Of a DNA stretch of 64,000 nucleotides, positions 26,690-40,700 are shown in pieces. The notes under the pieces are model-generated. The model worked only from the letters and a program-made list of their open reading frames with translations, made no database searches and was not told where the DNA came from. A program made the translations under genes and the position numbers. The number at the start of each line of letters is the position of its first letter. Position 1 is the first letter of the stretch. Source of the DNA: Paraspadella gotoi (taxonomy: Eukaryota; Animalia; Chaetognatha). The stretch spans positions 13,939,614 through 14,003,613 of the forward strand of contig CM119266.1 in assembly GCA_051294375.1 (NCBI GenBank), in the 5' to 3' direction.

Positions 26690-29312
26690 TCAAAATTTAG
26701 GCACGACCGAGTCCCAGAGGCCGCAGGTGACGCAGGGCGGCTTTCCGGCGCCGAAGAAGGAATAGAAGAACCAGGCGCCGGTGATGGCGAGCAGCAGCGC
26801 CGCGCGGAGGGTGAAGACGCGCTCCAACATTCTCACTCCTGTCAACATCCCGCCGACGGATTTCTTGGCGACACTGACGCCGCTCCTCTTGCCGCTGACG
26901 ACTCCCGCGTTGTTGTTGCCGCCACCGGCGCCGGAGACGCCGGCCGGAGTCGCGGCGGAAGCCCCGGCGTTTTTGGCGGTGTTGGCCGCGGTCACCGCGG
27001 CGTTGTTATTGATCCCGGCAGCTGCGCGGGCTTGGCGTTGGGAATTTACCGACGCCGCGCCGGCGCGGCGCCACCGCCGACTTACCAGCGACGGGCTTTC
27101 TGGAGTCGACTGGAGGAAACTTCTTTTCCCCGCCGCCGTGTATCGCCACCACGGCGTTGGCGGCGCGTCTGAGCACCTCGTGACGCCCCTCCGGCCCGAC
27201 GACCTCTCCGTCGACTCTCCTACCCCACCGTTCGTCCTCTTCCTTGGCGGTGGCCGCCATCGCCGCCGCCGCCGCCGCACGAATGTAGCGAATCTCTCTC
27301 TCTCTCGCTTCTCGGTTCTGATCTTCCTTGACTCGTTTGTCGTTTCTCGCCTTAGCTTCGTCGTCGTCAAAGGAATCCGAAGCGGGACTCTCGAAATCGG
27401 CAGCGTGGCGTCGGCGACTACGGCTCGTGTCCGCCGCGCGGCGCGGTTCGGCGTAACGCGATTCCGTCGAGTAGAGTCGCCCGTATTCGTCCACGGGTCT
27501 GACGTGGCGCGAGGAGTGACGAGAACCCGTACGGCGCGATGACTCGCGACGGCGCCTTCCTTCCGCGTAACCCTGGAATATAATGTTTGAATAATAACCT
27601 GGAAAAAAACAACAAAAGAGAATNNNNNNNNNNATCGATATTTCTCGTTTGGACTAACTTTATCCGCGTAGCGATAGTCGCCCAAGTCACCGACAGCGTA
27701 GCGGGAGGCGCGTCTACGCAGCGCTCGTTCCTTGTAGCGGAGAGACGGTGGATCCCGAAGGTAGTAGCGGTGGTCCATGGGAGGTGCTGGAGGTTGGGGA
27801 GATGGGAGATAGAGAACGGGGGAGAGGGGGGGAGGGATTCTAATTTTGATTAGTTCTTCTAATTCAAAAAGAAAAAAAATGGAGCCTTCGGTGAAAGGAA
27901 TCATGTCATTCAAGATCTCGGACACATTTTTTTTTATTTCCTCTTTTCGTGTTGAATTTCTATCTCCGTCTCTTTTTCGTGCACAAAGTCGTCTACATAA
28001 ATAGCCTCTCGTTTGCTCTCGCTCTCTCTCTTCTCTTCTCTCTCTCTCTCTCTCTCTCTCCTCTCTCCTCTCTCTCTTCCTCCCTTTCTCCCTCGAGTGC
28101 GTTTGCGGTTCAAGACATTCTATTTAAACGTTCTGGGATGACTAATTCATCAAACTGAAACATGGAAGACGGAGGCTACAGACCATTGATGTTAAAAAAA
28201 AAAACCCGAATAACTGCTGGAGTAAGACATATTTCAGCCCCCGGTCCCTCTTTCGTCCACGACATAGTTTTTTCCCAATTTTTTGACGTTTTAAAGCGAA
28301 AGGTCTTTCTTGCAATTTTCTTGCAATTTTCGAAACACGAATTCCCTCAAGCTTTCTTGCAAGACTGGCGACTTTTCGAAACTCCGTCAGACTTTTGACC
28401 TACATTACGTTTAATTATAAGCTTAAATTGACATAATTTTCCCGAAGCTTGATCAAGTGCCATCGTCATATAATTATCATCGTAATCATCGTAATCATCA
28501 TCATCATCATCAATCATCATCATCCATCTCATCATCATCATCATCATCAATCATCGATCATCATCATCTCACCCTCGTATCTCCTCTCCCTCCTCCTCTT
28601 GCTGCGCCGATCTTCGTCCTCCAGGTCGTCGTCCTCGTAGTCGCGCCCCTCGAGTCTTCCGGCGTCGCCCGACGGCATGTTGGCGTCGGCGAGTCCGCGA
28701 GAGACGCGGGAGCGGCGACGGGGACGCTCCTTGTTCGTCGCCCACCTGGGATCGACGTCAGTCTTTTCAACGATATTTTAGTTTTAAAACTGATTCCGAA
28801 ACTTTACTAAGGAATTGCGATTGGTCCGAACAAGAATGATCAGATCCAACAATGACAAAGCTTTAAAAATAACATTACTAAGCCTATTTACAGGACAAAA
28901 CGTAAGGACACGTGCGGACTTGGGAGGACAAGTGGTTCAATATTTTTTTTAGTTTTCGAACTGATCCGACAAGTATTCCCAGTTTTTAAACCAATTCTTT
29001 TAAATTCTTTTAAACCAATTGTTTTATGCAAAATGTTAAAAATCGCTTGGGAATATATTGATTAAAAAAGATCCGAGTAAACCCAAATTCTGTTTCGCTC
29101 TCTATTTCTGCGCTTCCGTCGCATAAGATGAAAACTCCGTCATTGGAAACGGCAACGTCCACCGCAACATGCGCAGCAGCAGCAGCAGCCACAGCAGCCT
29201 AATTCCCTCACCATCTGGGTTCCTCGTCGTCGGAGGTGTCGAGTCGGGCGACGCCGCGCGGCGCCAACGGAGAAACGCGATCGCGAGATCGCTTCGAGTC
29301 CATCATCGTCAT
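26690..29312 (-). CDS. Uncharacterised low-complexity Arg/Asp/Glu-rich protein with a single C-terminal transmembrane segment, 5-exon model, about 406 aa
   Basis: Exons 29312-29212, 28745-28573, 27786-27659, 27572-27086, 27021-26690; donors GTGAGG, GTGAGA, GTTAGT, GTAAGT; all CAG acceptors; phases 2,1,0,1 match, giving 1221 nt without a stop. The exons coincide with GC-rich islands. C-terminus ...VFTLRAALLLAITGAWFFYSFFGAGKPPCVTCGLWDSVVPKF. Start codon uncertain; no family recognised. Confidence 0.62.
28460..28570. repeat. (CAT)n-type microsatellite inside intron 2 of the orphan gene
   Basis: Directly visible; mirrored as (GAT)n at about 49628-49775. Confidence 0.9.
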
Positions 29313-31971
29313 CGTCGTCGTCGTCGTCGTCGTCGCCGTCCACGTCGACGGCTCCAAAAAAATTTCAAAACGACGAGGTTAAAATCAAAGAAACTCGCTA
29401 AACGCCTATGGTTCGATTCGTTTCTAAAGGCCGAGCTTTACTGGGTCAGTTTGTTTCCGAACGGATCTGCGATCGGAGACCTTGGAGGAATGGAGAGTGA
29501 CGTGTGCCGTGGAAATAATAATGTGAGAAAATGTAATTCAAAGGTAGCGCATAGCCCCCCCCAAAAAAAACAATAACGCGCGTTTCTTAAGCGTGAGAAT
29601 CGCGCTGTGAATTTACGGGCAGCTACTCTATTATATACGTTACGAATTCCATGTAATAATAATAGTAATAAAATAATAACGGCTTTCAACTTAAAGCATA
29701 AACTATAAAAATATAAAACAGTCCTTAATTTACCTTTATTATCAATAAACCAAGCGTTCAAATCAAATAAACGCGAGCGAAGCAGTTGATTCGATTCTGA
29801 ACAAATGGAATTTACGACTGCGAGAGTAAAAGCGAATTCAATCAATACGGCCGAGATTTATGTCTGTGAAGTGTGGCGTTGATGGCGTTTGGTCGTGGAG
29901 TTTTTAAATATCAGCGCGAACCAGCGAAATATGAAGTATATATTTATATTTATATTTATATTTATATTTATATTTATATTTTTATATATAAGAAAAAAGC
30001 TTAACATGAATTGAGATGAACGACGTTTTTTGGCAAAAAAACGAACGGTGAAACAGAAAGACGAAACAGACAAATTTTCTCTTTTTATCTTTTTTCCTGT
30101 TTTTTCCTTTTCTCTTTTTTTCTCCCCTCTTTATTTCATTCCTCTCTCTCTCTCTCACTCCCTCTTTCCCTTCTCCCTTCCCTTCCTCCCACCTCTCTCT
30201 TCTCTCTCGTCGAATTCGAAACGTGGCGCCGTTCCACGATTCCGCGGCTTCGGTTTCCTGTGACGCGAAAACGAATGGAAACTGGTTGCCATGGAAGCGA
30301 ACAACTCTCGCTCAACCAGAATAGTTTGCTCCATCACACCGCCTTACCCTCTCCCTGACCCACTTTTGTAATCCTCACCCGTCCAGCGTCGAGTCGACGG
30401 GAGAGAGGAAAGCGACAAGGTCAACCAACTCAAATATTTTTTTATCCAATCTCTTTTTTAAAACTTGATGGTCATATTGTCAACCACAATCAATTCCCCA
30501 AACCACTGAATACCCACAAACGTATGTTTCTCGAACTGACCCGAATTGACCTTCGACGTTTGTCTCTCCGTTTTATTTCCTTTCCTTCGCTTCTCAAAAA
30601 AATCTCTCCAGCTTTTTCGTCAGATGCGCCTTCGTCTCTACGCATAGCCGCCTCAAACCAACGCCTCGTCTTATAAATTATCAAACTTGCGGGCCAACAC
30701 GAAAATATGACGCATTGACGCAAAAACAATTGAGCGAAGACGAGATCAGAGAGAAGAAGAGAGAGAGCAGAGAGAGAGAAGAAGAGAGAGAGAGAGAGAG
30801 AGAGAAGGAGATGGGAGAGAGAGAGAGAGAGGCTGTTATCGTTGTAAGATGACGAATAAGCGAACTTTTATTATAAGCGTTCCGCACTGTACTCTACTGG
30901 GCTTTTTTCTCGGGATATACGAGGGGTCGAACTTTTAATCCTTCTCTCTCTCAATACTCTCTTCTCTCGTCGTCTCTCTCTCATCGTCGGTCTTCGTCTC
31001 GTCTCTCTGTCCTCTCTCCTCTTCTCTCTCTCGTCTCTCTCTTTCATGTCTCTTTCCTCTATGGTTTACGTTCGACAGTATAGTCCATGAGTTGAATTTT
31101 GATTGCTTAAAATAAAACCACCGATTTTCTTTTTTGATTCTGAAAATGTAATAATTAAATATTAATTAATTCATTATTTCAATTTCATCCAGGTCGTTGA
31201 CGCAGAGTCCGAACAAAAGACGAAAATTTTACGGCCAAGTTTACAAATGCGTCGGAAACGGCGGCGAGTACAGCGGCTGCGGGTGCAGCGGCGGCGTCGT
31301 CAGCGGCCTTCTCATTTCCTTCGCCAAAATGATTTTGGAGCAATAAATATAATTTTGACGTCATCATTGCTTTTGGAATGGCTCGAAGATGGACATAATA
31401 TCGGTGAAAAATACCGAAATCTAATAAGGTCATCAAATTACATGATTACGAAACAAAATTACTTCTCTTCTGAGATTGATCAAATAGGAAATGACGAAGA
31501 CGATAACGAGGAAAAGTCGCGACTTCATTTCCGCTATGGTTTAATATATAGTAAAAAAATGCATTTGACTTAGAATAGAAAGTTGAGGATAAACGACTGG
31601 TGTTATCTGTTTAATATATGTTACCATGGAGATAACAATTATTCTTGAGGTTAAACAATTACGATGTCACAGTTGGAATCGAAGCCATCTCGTCAAATCC
31701 CGGGGAAAAAAATCGGACCAAAACCTCTACTTCCGATCCGCTCCGGCCGAGGCTGGTAAATGGCCAGGTGGCCCCAGGGGCGAATTAGGGGTCCCCTCCT
31801 TCTCTTCTCCCCCCCTTCACCCCCTCTGCCAATCCATAGTATCCCTCGAGGGGGGTTCGCGGTCGGCGGGGTTCCCCATAACTCACTCTCGCCATTTTCG
31901 GAGGAGAGGGTCACCTTTTCTTTTGACTTATCCTTGTTTTTGTCACTGATTAATTTCTTTCACTGAAAAAC

Positions 31972-32201
31972 NNNNNNNNNNNNNNNNNNNNNNNNNNNNN
32001 NNNNNNNNNNNNNNNNNNNNNNNNNNNNNNNNNNNNNNNNNNNNNNNNNNNNNNNNNNNNNNNNNNNNNNNNNNNNNNNNNNNNNNNNNNNNNNNNNNNN
32101 NNNNNNNNNNNNNNNNNNNNNNNNNNNNNNNNNNNNNNNNNNNNNNNNNNNNNNNNNNNNNNNNNNNNNNNNNNNNNNNNNNNNNNNNNNNNNNNNNNNN
32201 N
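31972..32201. other. Assembly gap (230 N); other gaps at 14431-14455, 27624-27633, 32650-32674, 44512-44536, 58466-58490, 59820-59844
   Basis: N runs counted directly; five of them are exactly 25 N. Confidence 0.99.
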
Positions 32202-32384
32202 TATCCGAGGAAAGAAAAAGTGAGGTGGGAGAGAGAAAGGCGAGAGGACGTTCGACGACCGAGGAAGGATTCCCATTTTCTCTTCTTTTTTGAAGAAAGT
32301 CCTGGAACATCTGGATATCGGGAGAGTTGCAAAATTTTAATATAAAAGATATACTGTCTTAAACGAAACACTTTTTAACCAGAA

Positions 32385-32457
32385 GCCGAAATAGCTCAGC
32401 TGGGAGAGCGTTAGACTGAAGATCTAAAGGTCCCTGGTTCGATCCCGGGTTTCGGCA
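32385..32457 (+). tRNA. tRNA-Phe-GAA: tRNA-Phe (GAA)
   Basis: GCCGAAATAGCTCAGCTGGGAGAGCGTTAGACTGAAGATCTAAAGGTCCCTGGTTCGATCCCGGGTTTCGGCA: 73 nt, 7-bp acceptor stem, GAA anticodon, GGTTCGA T-loop; nearly identical to the metazoan cytosolic tRNA-Phe. Confidence 0.98.
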
Positions 32458-32484
32458 GATGTCTTGACTGCCAAGTCAACTTAG

Positions 32485-32489
32485 TTTTT
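32485..32489 (+). terminator. Pol III terminator (T5) of tRNA-Phe
   Basis: First run of five T, about 28 nt after the tRNA, preceded by a small TTGACT..AGTCAA hairpin. Confidence 0.6.
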
Positions 32490-34688
32490 AAATTAATCAT
32501 AAAAACAACGACCCCATTATATATTGGTTAATGGTTACATAAATAGGTTTCCAGTCAGGAGCCGAAAAACGATATGCTCTCTTGTTTTTTCATTTACTGT
32601 TTTCGGCGGAGGACGCAAAGCAAAACTATATAGAGAAACCCGTTTCATANNNNNNNNNNNNNNNNNNNNNNNNNAAAGTATTTAACTACTGTGGAAGAAG
32701 AGAAGCTTTAAGCACGAGATTAGTCAGAATATATGAACTTTTGCCCTCAGTTGATATTTTGGCACACAAGTCCATGACAAATCTTGTTTATTGGTTATTT
32801 CTTAGCAGAACACCTCACACACAAAAATGATCACTGTGGAGGTTAATGTCTACTCAACAACGCTCTGCACCGGGGAATCAGAGGATTGTCTGTCATACCT
32901 GGTAGATGAGTCTAATAGAAGAGACCGACAGACATATCAGTATCTAACTACTTCGTTCTCTTCTACATTTTTCTGCTACTCACATCTCTCTTCTATCAAT
33001 CTGAGAATAAGAAAAAAAAAGAGAAAGGTGGATGCAATCTTATAGATAATGTCGTACTATTGAAAATACTCCTATCGTTGACTTCGCATTATACTCTGTA
33101 TTGTCGAAAAAAATTCCGAGATCAAAATCAATATATTAGCATATTTAATTTTCTCTTACTTTTGTTGTATGTAGATCAGAGCAGAACGATGAAAGTACGA
33201 GGAGAGAGAAGAGAGAGGCACGAGTACGATGAATGGCAATGAGAGAAGAGAGTATATTAGAGTATGAGAGAGGATTTGATGAATATGTAGAAATGAATCA
33301 CGAGAAAGCGAGTGACTGTTATTGAGGATTCTATATTGTACTAACAAGAAACTGGTACGAAGCGCGAATGACCGGCGAGACATGCACCGTGCTAATATAA
33401 TCAAGAGTTATAAATGAGGCATCTCAATACAAAAAATGCTCAGCAATAACGATACAAGTATTTATTTTTTCGTTAGGTAAATCATGTGCGTGTACATAGA
33501 AGTTCCTGATTCCTATTAACTAGTAACAATACAAGGAACATAAACCTGATCTATCATAAAAAGCAGAGAAATATAAGGCCGAAAAAAAAAATATCAATAG
33601 GTAATCAAGGCATATAAAGACAGCAATGATTAGGTGCTCAGCTGGAGAAGATAAGAGATGGACAAACAAATTGCGACAAAAAAAAACTCATACTCCATTA
33701 ATATCAAACGATGAAGAAGAGAGCGTAACATAAACATCGACGTGATATGCGTAGAATCGCGTTAGAAAATCGCGGATTTTTTAAAAATCGTCAACTTAGC
33801 TTGAATGATGTTGATGCAAGAAAAATTGAAGTATAGTCTTATATTAAATAAACTCAAAGGATTTGCTTGGTTTTATTTATAAGTTATTATACATAGTCAT
33901 GCACGAGTAGTATTCGACCACATCATTAAAGAACCGATATAAGCTTCGTTGAAAACGTCTAATTAGTAATTTCTATTAAGGGGATCTTACATAATAGATA
34001 TAAGCGAATAATTCCGAAATGTCAAAAATAAAGTCAATACACATCGATTTGTTTTAAATTCCGTTGCTTGACCATTCACGAATAATTCACCTGGCTTAAG
34101 CAATTTTTGAGTGGGAGCCATCTAAAAAAGCTACGGAACCCACAGGCAAATTAAAAAATTTGTTCAAAATGATGCCTTGCGTGCAAAAAGGAAATCTATT
34201 ATTTTTTTTCTCAGAAATGGTATACATTCATGGGTGGATTCAATTCCTAAAAAACCTTATGGGTAGGACGAACCAAAACCTTATATATATTGACTGTAAC
34301 TCCATCATTTATATAGAGAATCATGTAAGGCTACATTAATTACAAGCTCATTTTATAATCATTTAATTAAAAAATCCCAGCCACATTCAAGAGTTATATC
34401 AAGACCCGCTCCACGGTCGTGTAGCTTTTCCCAGTTAGCGTGCACTTGAAAATGCCAGCCCGTAAAAAGACATGAAAGCGATAAAATATAAGAAGATAAT
34501 ATGGTAGCAGCGTACTGAAGATATCTCAACAGAAGACTTAAGTTAAAATCAGTCGATGGCGCGCTTGAAAAGCAAATATTGGGAAATATGAACCGAAAAA
34601 AACAAGCATCCGTATACCTGATGAAAAACCAATCAACCTTCGTTTCTCTGGCATATTTAACAGGTAACCGCGAGGTCCCTTATATCGA

Positions 34689-34719
<31 letters not shown>

Positions 34720-37700
34720 GACCAAAGACAAGAATTCTCTCGCCGGCCTCTCCTCTCACCATCCGCATAGCAAGATGGAGTACAGTCTGCCTCCTCCTCT
34801 GCCTTTCAACTCTCTCTCTCACTCATCTACACTCTCGACAGCACAGTTAGTCGCAATCCCGATACGGTGGAGGGAAAATCAAAACACGGAAACCCGAGAA
34901 CGGTAGCTGAGGAATCACCGAAATCGCGAAACAATAAATGAACTGTCTTTCTTTTTTCCCTTTTTCTCTCCGTTTTAGGCGATGAGTGGCGACGCTCGAA
35001 ACTAGTAAGCAGACGAAATATCTCGCGAGAAGTCAGAGATAGTATCTAGAGGGAGCGAGCGAGTAGACACTAATTGAAAAGAAGAAGAAACGAGAATGAG
35101 AAGAGAGAGAGATTGAACAACGAATGAGGACTGCAGTAGCAGATGTATGGCACTGCACTCTCTCAGCACAGTGAAGCAGATGCGAAGGAGAAGCAGAGAT
35201 CTGCGAGATGAGAAGTACACACGTCTCTCTTCTCTCTCTCTATCTATCATAACGTCTGCTGTTCTCAGCGTCTCTCTCTCGCCTCTTGACATCAAGCATC
35301 TTGTCAGTTGCTTCGCTATTTTAACAGTAGACGCGAGGCTGTCTCTCTATCGACGTGTCAAGCGGATTCCAATAATAAACGTCGAATAACAGATCATACT
35401 TCTGATCATTTAAAAACTTATCTTAGGTAGACTTCGCTTTGTTTTGACTTTTTTTGATTGCAAGCTCTATGAGTCGTCCGTTAAACTGCACGAAGCTGCG
35501 AGTCACTGTCACTGTTGGCCTCTCAGCTCGCGTATATCCGTCCGCCCCACGTGCCCCTGCCATAACACGTCGCAACCCAGCGTAACATCTAGGCGCTCAA
35601 CCGGCACGGAGCTGATAGTCCGGGGGTGCCCACGCCCGCCAGTCAAATACACGCTAATCCGAACACGCTATTCAATTCCATTGATCGACCCGGTGGCTTC
35701 ACTTGCAGTCACTCAGCCAAATCTCTCACCTTCCCTAGCGTTCTACTCTACACCACTTTAAACTAAAGCCTAATATACCCCATTAAAAAAGCGGTTTCCC
35801 TTTCCTCACCCCCTTCACCTCCCCTACCACTCTTCCACCCCCACCCGTGCCACCGTCCCACCTTCCCTCCCAAACTCCCAGCGCGGCTTAACTTCACACT
35901 ACGCTATCTGAATCGCCACACCTGCCGTCTCACGTCACTGCGTTCAAGGCCATACAGGCCTGCAAGCCGCGCGTAGCGTGGAAGACCGAGCCACGCTCAA
36001 TAACAGTCGAGACACAATGAAAATGAACTAAAGGTTCCCGCAGGACGTGTTCCACTGCGCAGCGAGAGAGCTCGTGTTGCCGACAAACTATGTAGCGAGG
36101 AAAGATGCATCGAGAGATGCACGCAAGCCCCAAACTGACGACAGACATTAGCAGAAGAGAGAGGAGAGAGAGAGAGAGCAGCGAGACCCCGAGAGAGTAG
36201 CCATGCCCGATGATAATCGATGACAGACAAAAGAGACAAGAGAAAAGAGAAACCTAGATTGAACGTTGTTCTAAGCAACCCAGAGGAAAATAAACAACGC
36301 GGGTTTGGTAAGGAAAAAAGATCAATTACTTAGCAATAGAATCGAAAGTGCGAATGGAAGATCAATCTCTAATCCAAGTATAGTAGAACACGGCGGAGGC
36401 AGGCCGTAGCGAATGAGGGATATACGGAGCGAGAGCGATGACGCCGAAGTCATGGATGGGGATGCCAAAATCTAGGATAAGAACAGAGAGGAGATGTAAG
36501 AGACAAGCCCAGAAGCGAACGGAGAGCTATGCACAGAGAGAGAGAGAACTGAGAGGTAGCAGAGACGCGAACATAGAGTCCGAGCGAAGAGAGAGACGAG
36601 TGACGACGAAACAGCGACGAACTCAACTGTATGAGTAACAAAGGTATAGATAGAGAGATGCTCAGCTAGATCTTTATGCGTAGGAAAAATATCTGGTAAT
36701 TGAACGAATAAACAGAATACTCAGAGAAAAATATCGATACCAAGGACATGAAAACGATTTTACGAGTAAGACGCGCAGCTACAGTAATCTAATTCGCCGG
36801 TTAGAACTGTCGTTGTACGCACGATCGAGTCATTTCTACTACAGGCTCTATATCATGTACAATAATTTGTAATGTAAACAGTGACTCGTAGAAAATATAA
36901 CAGTACAAATTATAAGTGGGAATCAATTAACGACGACAAACATGTTCATGTGCAGTTGTCGCTCACGAATGAGCGCTTTTTCGTACTTCTTGATAGGTTA
37001 TTGACGGGATTGGGCCTAGTGTAGTCGAAAGGCTGAAATGTGAGCGTGCGGCGAGGCGGCGGCGGGGCGGCGGACGATGATAGAGTATATCGGTTTGTTC
37101 ACGTGAAAGGCAGACGGTGCGCGTAGCATGAGAGAGAACGAACAGTCGTCGTATCTAAAGTTTTCTTCCTGTCGGTCTGTCGCACATAAATAAAGTCGAG
37201 TGAAAAAAAATAAATAAAATATAAAAATAAACAAAAAAAAAAAGAATTGAAGAAAGAGAGTAGAGTTGTTAAAGAGAGAATAATTAAAGTACAAGGATAT
37301 AAAAATACAAATTATATAGATAAAAATAATCAGCTATGCACTACTGAGGTCGTATGAACTCCTAAAGTCCAACCGCTCGTCACCGTATGCACTTGAAAAT
37401 ATAGAACTCATTTCAGATCATTGATCCTGGCTTTCTTGCGAGCAGTAGGTGTTGAAGTATAACTTACTATGGATCGTAGGCCGACATCTTCTAAAAACAA
37501 TCGCTTTCATCCTGAATCTGCACACTCCTGACGTCTCAATCTATTCCGTATACATATGATTTCTGTTACTGTCTGAAATCGCAAAAAGATTCGGAGTGAT
37601 CAAGAGCGAGTATAACTCACGTGCATAATGGCGTTGACGTATTCGTCGACATCTTGTTTTCGTGTGCACATGTTTCTCGTGACACTAGTCCGTATGAGCT

Positions 37701-40700
37701 GTTTTCGTTCGCCTATTTTTCACAGTCGAAAGTTTCTTCTGAGTTCTCCCAGCGAGTCACGTCTCTATTATATACACATCTCTTACTCTGTTTTATTTCT
37801 TGTTATCGCGAGTCGATTATCACGAGAAGACGAGGCGCACACGCAGAAAGTGCAGGTCGTAGTCTTTCGAACGCCGACGGTCGATGAATAGGTTAACGTT
37901 CATCTTCCGGTCGTCATTCCCGCTCAGCAAGCGGCGTCTCTTTAATTTTAATTAGTTCTCTACTTCCCTACTTTCGCTCAGGCATTTCGATGACGCAAAG
38001 TGAACGTCATGTCTACTAGCGCCAGCTACGTCTATATGAGTGCTACGGTGCGTCGGCGATCGCTCGACAGCCGCTTAATGATCGTATTTCAATCCACATC
38101 GAGGGTCCGTCTCCGCCCTCTCTCAGCGTTCTATCTTAACTTTCGGCGTCTTACACAATTCTGCACGTCTCTAATCTCGAGCGAGGTGCTCACTCGCCCA
38201 TCGCGAAGTCATACGATCTGCGACAGCTAACCATCCCATTCTCTCCCACACAGAAACCTTGCGAAAAGATACTTAGTTTCCCAATATGTCCTTTTTTTTC
38301 TCTCTATTAAATCAACCGTTCTTTGTGCTGCTTCTAAGCACTTGAAGTCACGTATTCCCATAAGAGCTGACCTTCCTATATTTTTGGGGATATTGTATGC
38401 TCCGAGGAGTTGAACGACCGCACAAAGAAAAGCTAAAAAAGGCTAAATGGAATGTGAGGCCAGAGAGAGAAGAGAGAGAGAGACGAGAAGAGAGAGAGAG
38501 AAGAGAGAGAGAGACGAGAGAGAGAGTGGCTTATTCAGCCACGGCTATCCATGTTCTACGGGGACTATCATGGCCATGCGACTTCACGGTGCCGCGAGTC
38601 GGCAATCCCAGGGGTGTCAACCTGTCTTCTCTGTCGGGTCTCTCTCTCTTCTCCCTAGACCTTTCCTCTCTCTCTCACCTCCCAAGACCATGTCGGGGTG
38701 AATCGGTCGGTTGTTTCGGGGATCCATTCCTCACGGCACGGTTGGGTGCGCTCAGTCGGTCTGCAGTGATCAGGCGTTGCGGAGCTGTCGGGTCGGTCAT
38801 CTCGGATGCATGTGCGGATACGATCTCTCTACACGCCCGTCTGTCCTCTACGCTCTCCTTTCGTCATACTCGAATTCTTCGCATCGTCATAACAGTCTAC
38901 AGCGCCACGCGAACCGCGAGGGCAGACTTTAGACCTCTGGCAATAGAATCACGTCATGGCATGACCGATATCCCGAAGGAGGAACGCCGTATCATGGTGA
39001 CTAGACTTGAAATAGTGCGAAAGAAGTATCAGCCAGCTACGATCGAAGCGAGTATTAGTTCCTTCCGTGCACTGACGCTAAGTCTCCTGCGGGAGACTTC
39101 ATGTCTTTTCCACCTCAGGCATGCCATGAGAGTGACCGCTAGCCTCAGGTTAGCAGCTAAAGAAAGCAGAGAAGCGCAGCTCACCTTACCAGAGAGAGAA
39201 GAGAACTCGCCACTCAAATTCCGTAACGCGACTCGTCTAACTCGAACGAACGACCGACCGATGCGAGCGAAATTCCATCGGCTTCGAGCAACGAGCGATC
39301 GATCGCCGCTCCAATCTATCCGCTCTTTTTAGGATGCCTCTCACCATGCAATAGCTAAAGTAACGAGAATGCGTTTCTTTTTGTTTTATGTTAGGCAGTA
39401 TGTTTCGTTGACTTTTGGATTTTTCCTCATCTAAGTTTCGAGTGGGATCTTTTGTTATTTGTTTGGCTTTTGCACTAACCTGTAAATGCACTTGGCTAAA
39501 AGAGAAGGAATGATAAAAAACACGACGATTCCATATAAAATCCATAATCCTCCACGGCGGTCTAGCTGTTCCTTTGTACTCTCGTCTACTCTCTACTCTC
39601 TCTCAAGTCTTTCCTCTCTCGAGTATCGCCGTCTCACAATCATCAAATACACTGCCTGTCATGACGACGTTTTCGCGTGTCATTCGGAATAGAGAGAAAA
39701 GAAATCAGATCGTCAGATCTGACGTCACCTGCGAGCGTCAGTAGTAGCAGAGTCGATCGTCAGTGACGTACGATACTCAGGGATTGGTCTGCTTAGATAT
39801 TGGGCGAGTGGAATCCATATTGAGGTCTGCTTTGCCTGAATAATAATGCAACGCTCGCTGGCTATCGATTGAGTTGCCTATCGGCACAGGAACAAGCCGC
39901 GACACGAAGCAACGACCCGCGGCGGCGCCTCTGGAGAGCGCGATGCCAATATGGAGGCAGAACATGGTTCTTTTTTTATTATTAGAGAAGAAATGGGATG
40001 TATGCTATAGCGCGAGTTACAGAGATCCAGTGTCTCTGCTCTAGATGTATCTGCAGTGTCATAGTTGTATATACGATTGTGAACATCTGCAGAGTAAACA
40101 CCTTTGTTTTTTAATGTGACTTTGATTTCTCGCTTCAATCATGACAACCCTGCGTTATCGGTCATACACTCCAGTGGAGAAATAGCCTCGTCGAACAGAG
40201 CTATTACAGTATCATAGTCCAGTGTCTCCTCTCCTCTGCAGAGATCATGCAGTCTACGTCTCTCCCTGCTCTATGACCGCTCTGGGGTCTGTCTCAGCTC
40301 TCGTGGCTCATCCAACTTACTCGGAGCGAGGAATATAATTGGGACGCTGCGATATTATAGGGTGTCAACCGACTCTGAGACGACTGGCCGCGATGCCGTA
40401 TATGGCAAATATAAGATAGTGGGCATCTGGCCGGCACCGAGCATATGTGCCATTGCAGACACTATTTGGCCCAATCGCTCCAACTCCATCTTATACAAGG
40501 ACGCGGCGCAAGTCGCGAATCCGTTTCCTTGGTGTGTCATTCAGGGTGTTATTGGTGTTAAACGAGAGGATATTTAGAGCTAGTGATTGCTTATTGTAAA
40601 CATACGCAAAAAGACATGGACTGGATCTTTATTTTTATCAGTCACATTTAATTGTGGGAGCAATTGCAACCCGAAGACGCGCAAACGCTAATGAGCTTTC

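Noticed and set aside
26781-27542. 253-aa plus-strand ORF
   Set aside because: Antisense shadow of the GC-rich exons of the minus-strand gene.
26690-27925. 411-aa minus-strand ORF read as a single-exon gene
   Set aside because: It crosses an N gap and AT-rich intron sequence; only its first coding block and its end match the better spliced model.
38397-39332. 311-aa ORF
   Set aside because: Runs through microsatellites in a noisy region and has no recognisable motif.
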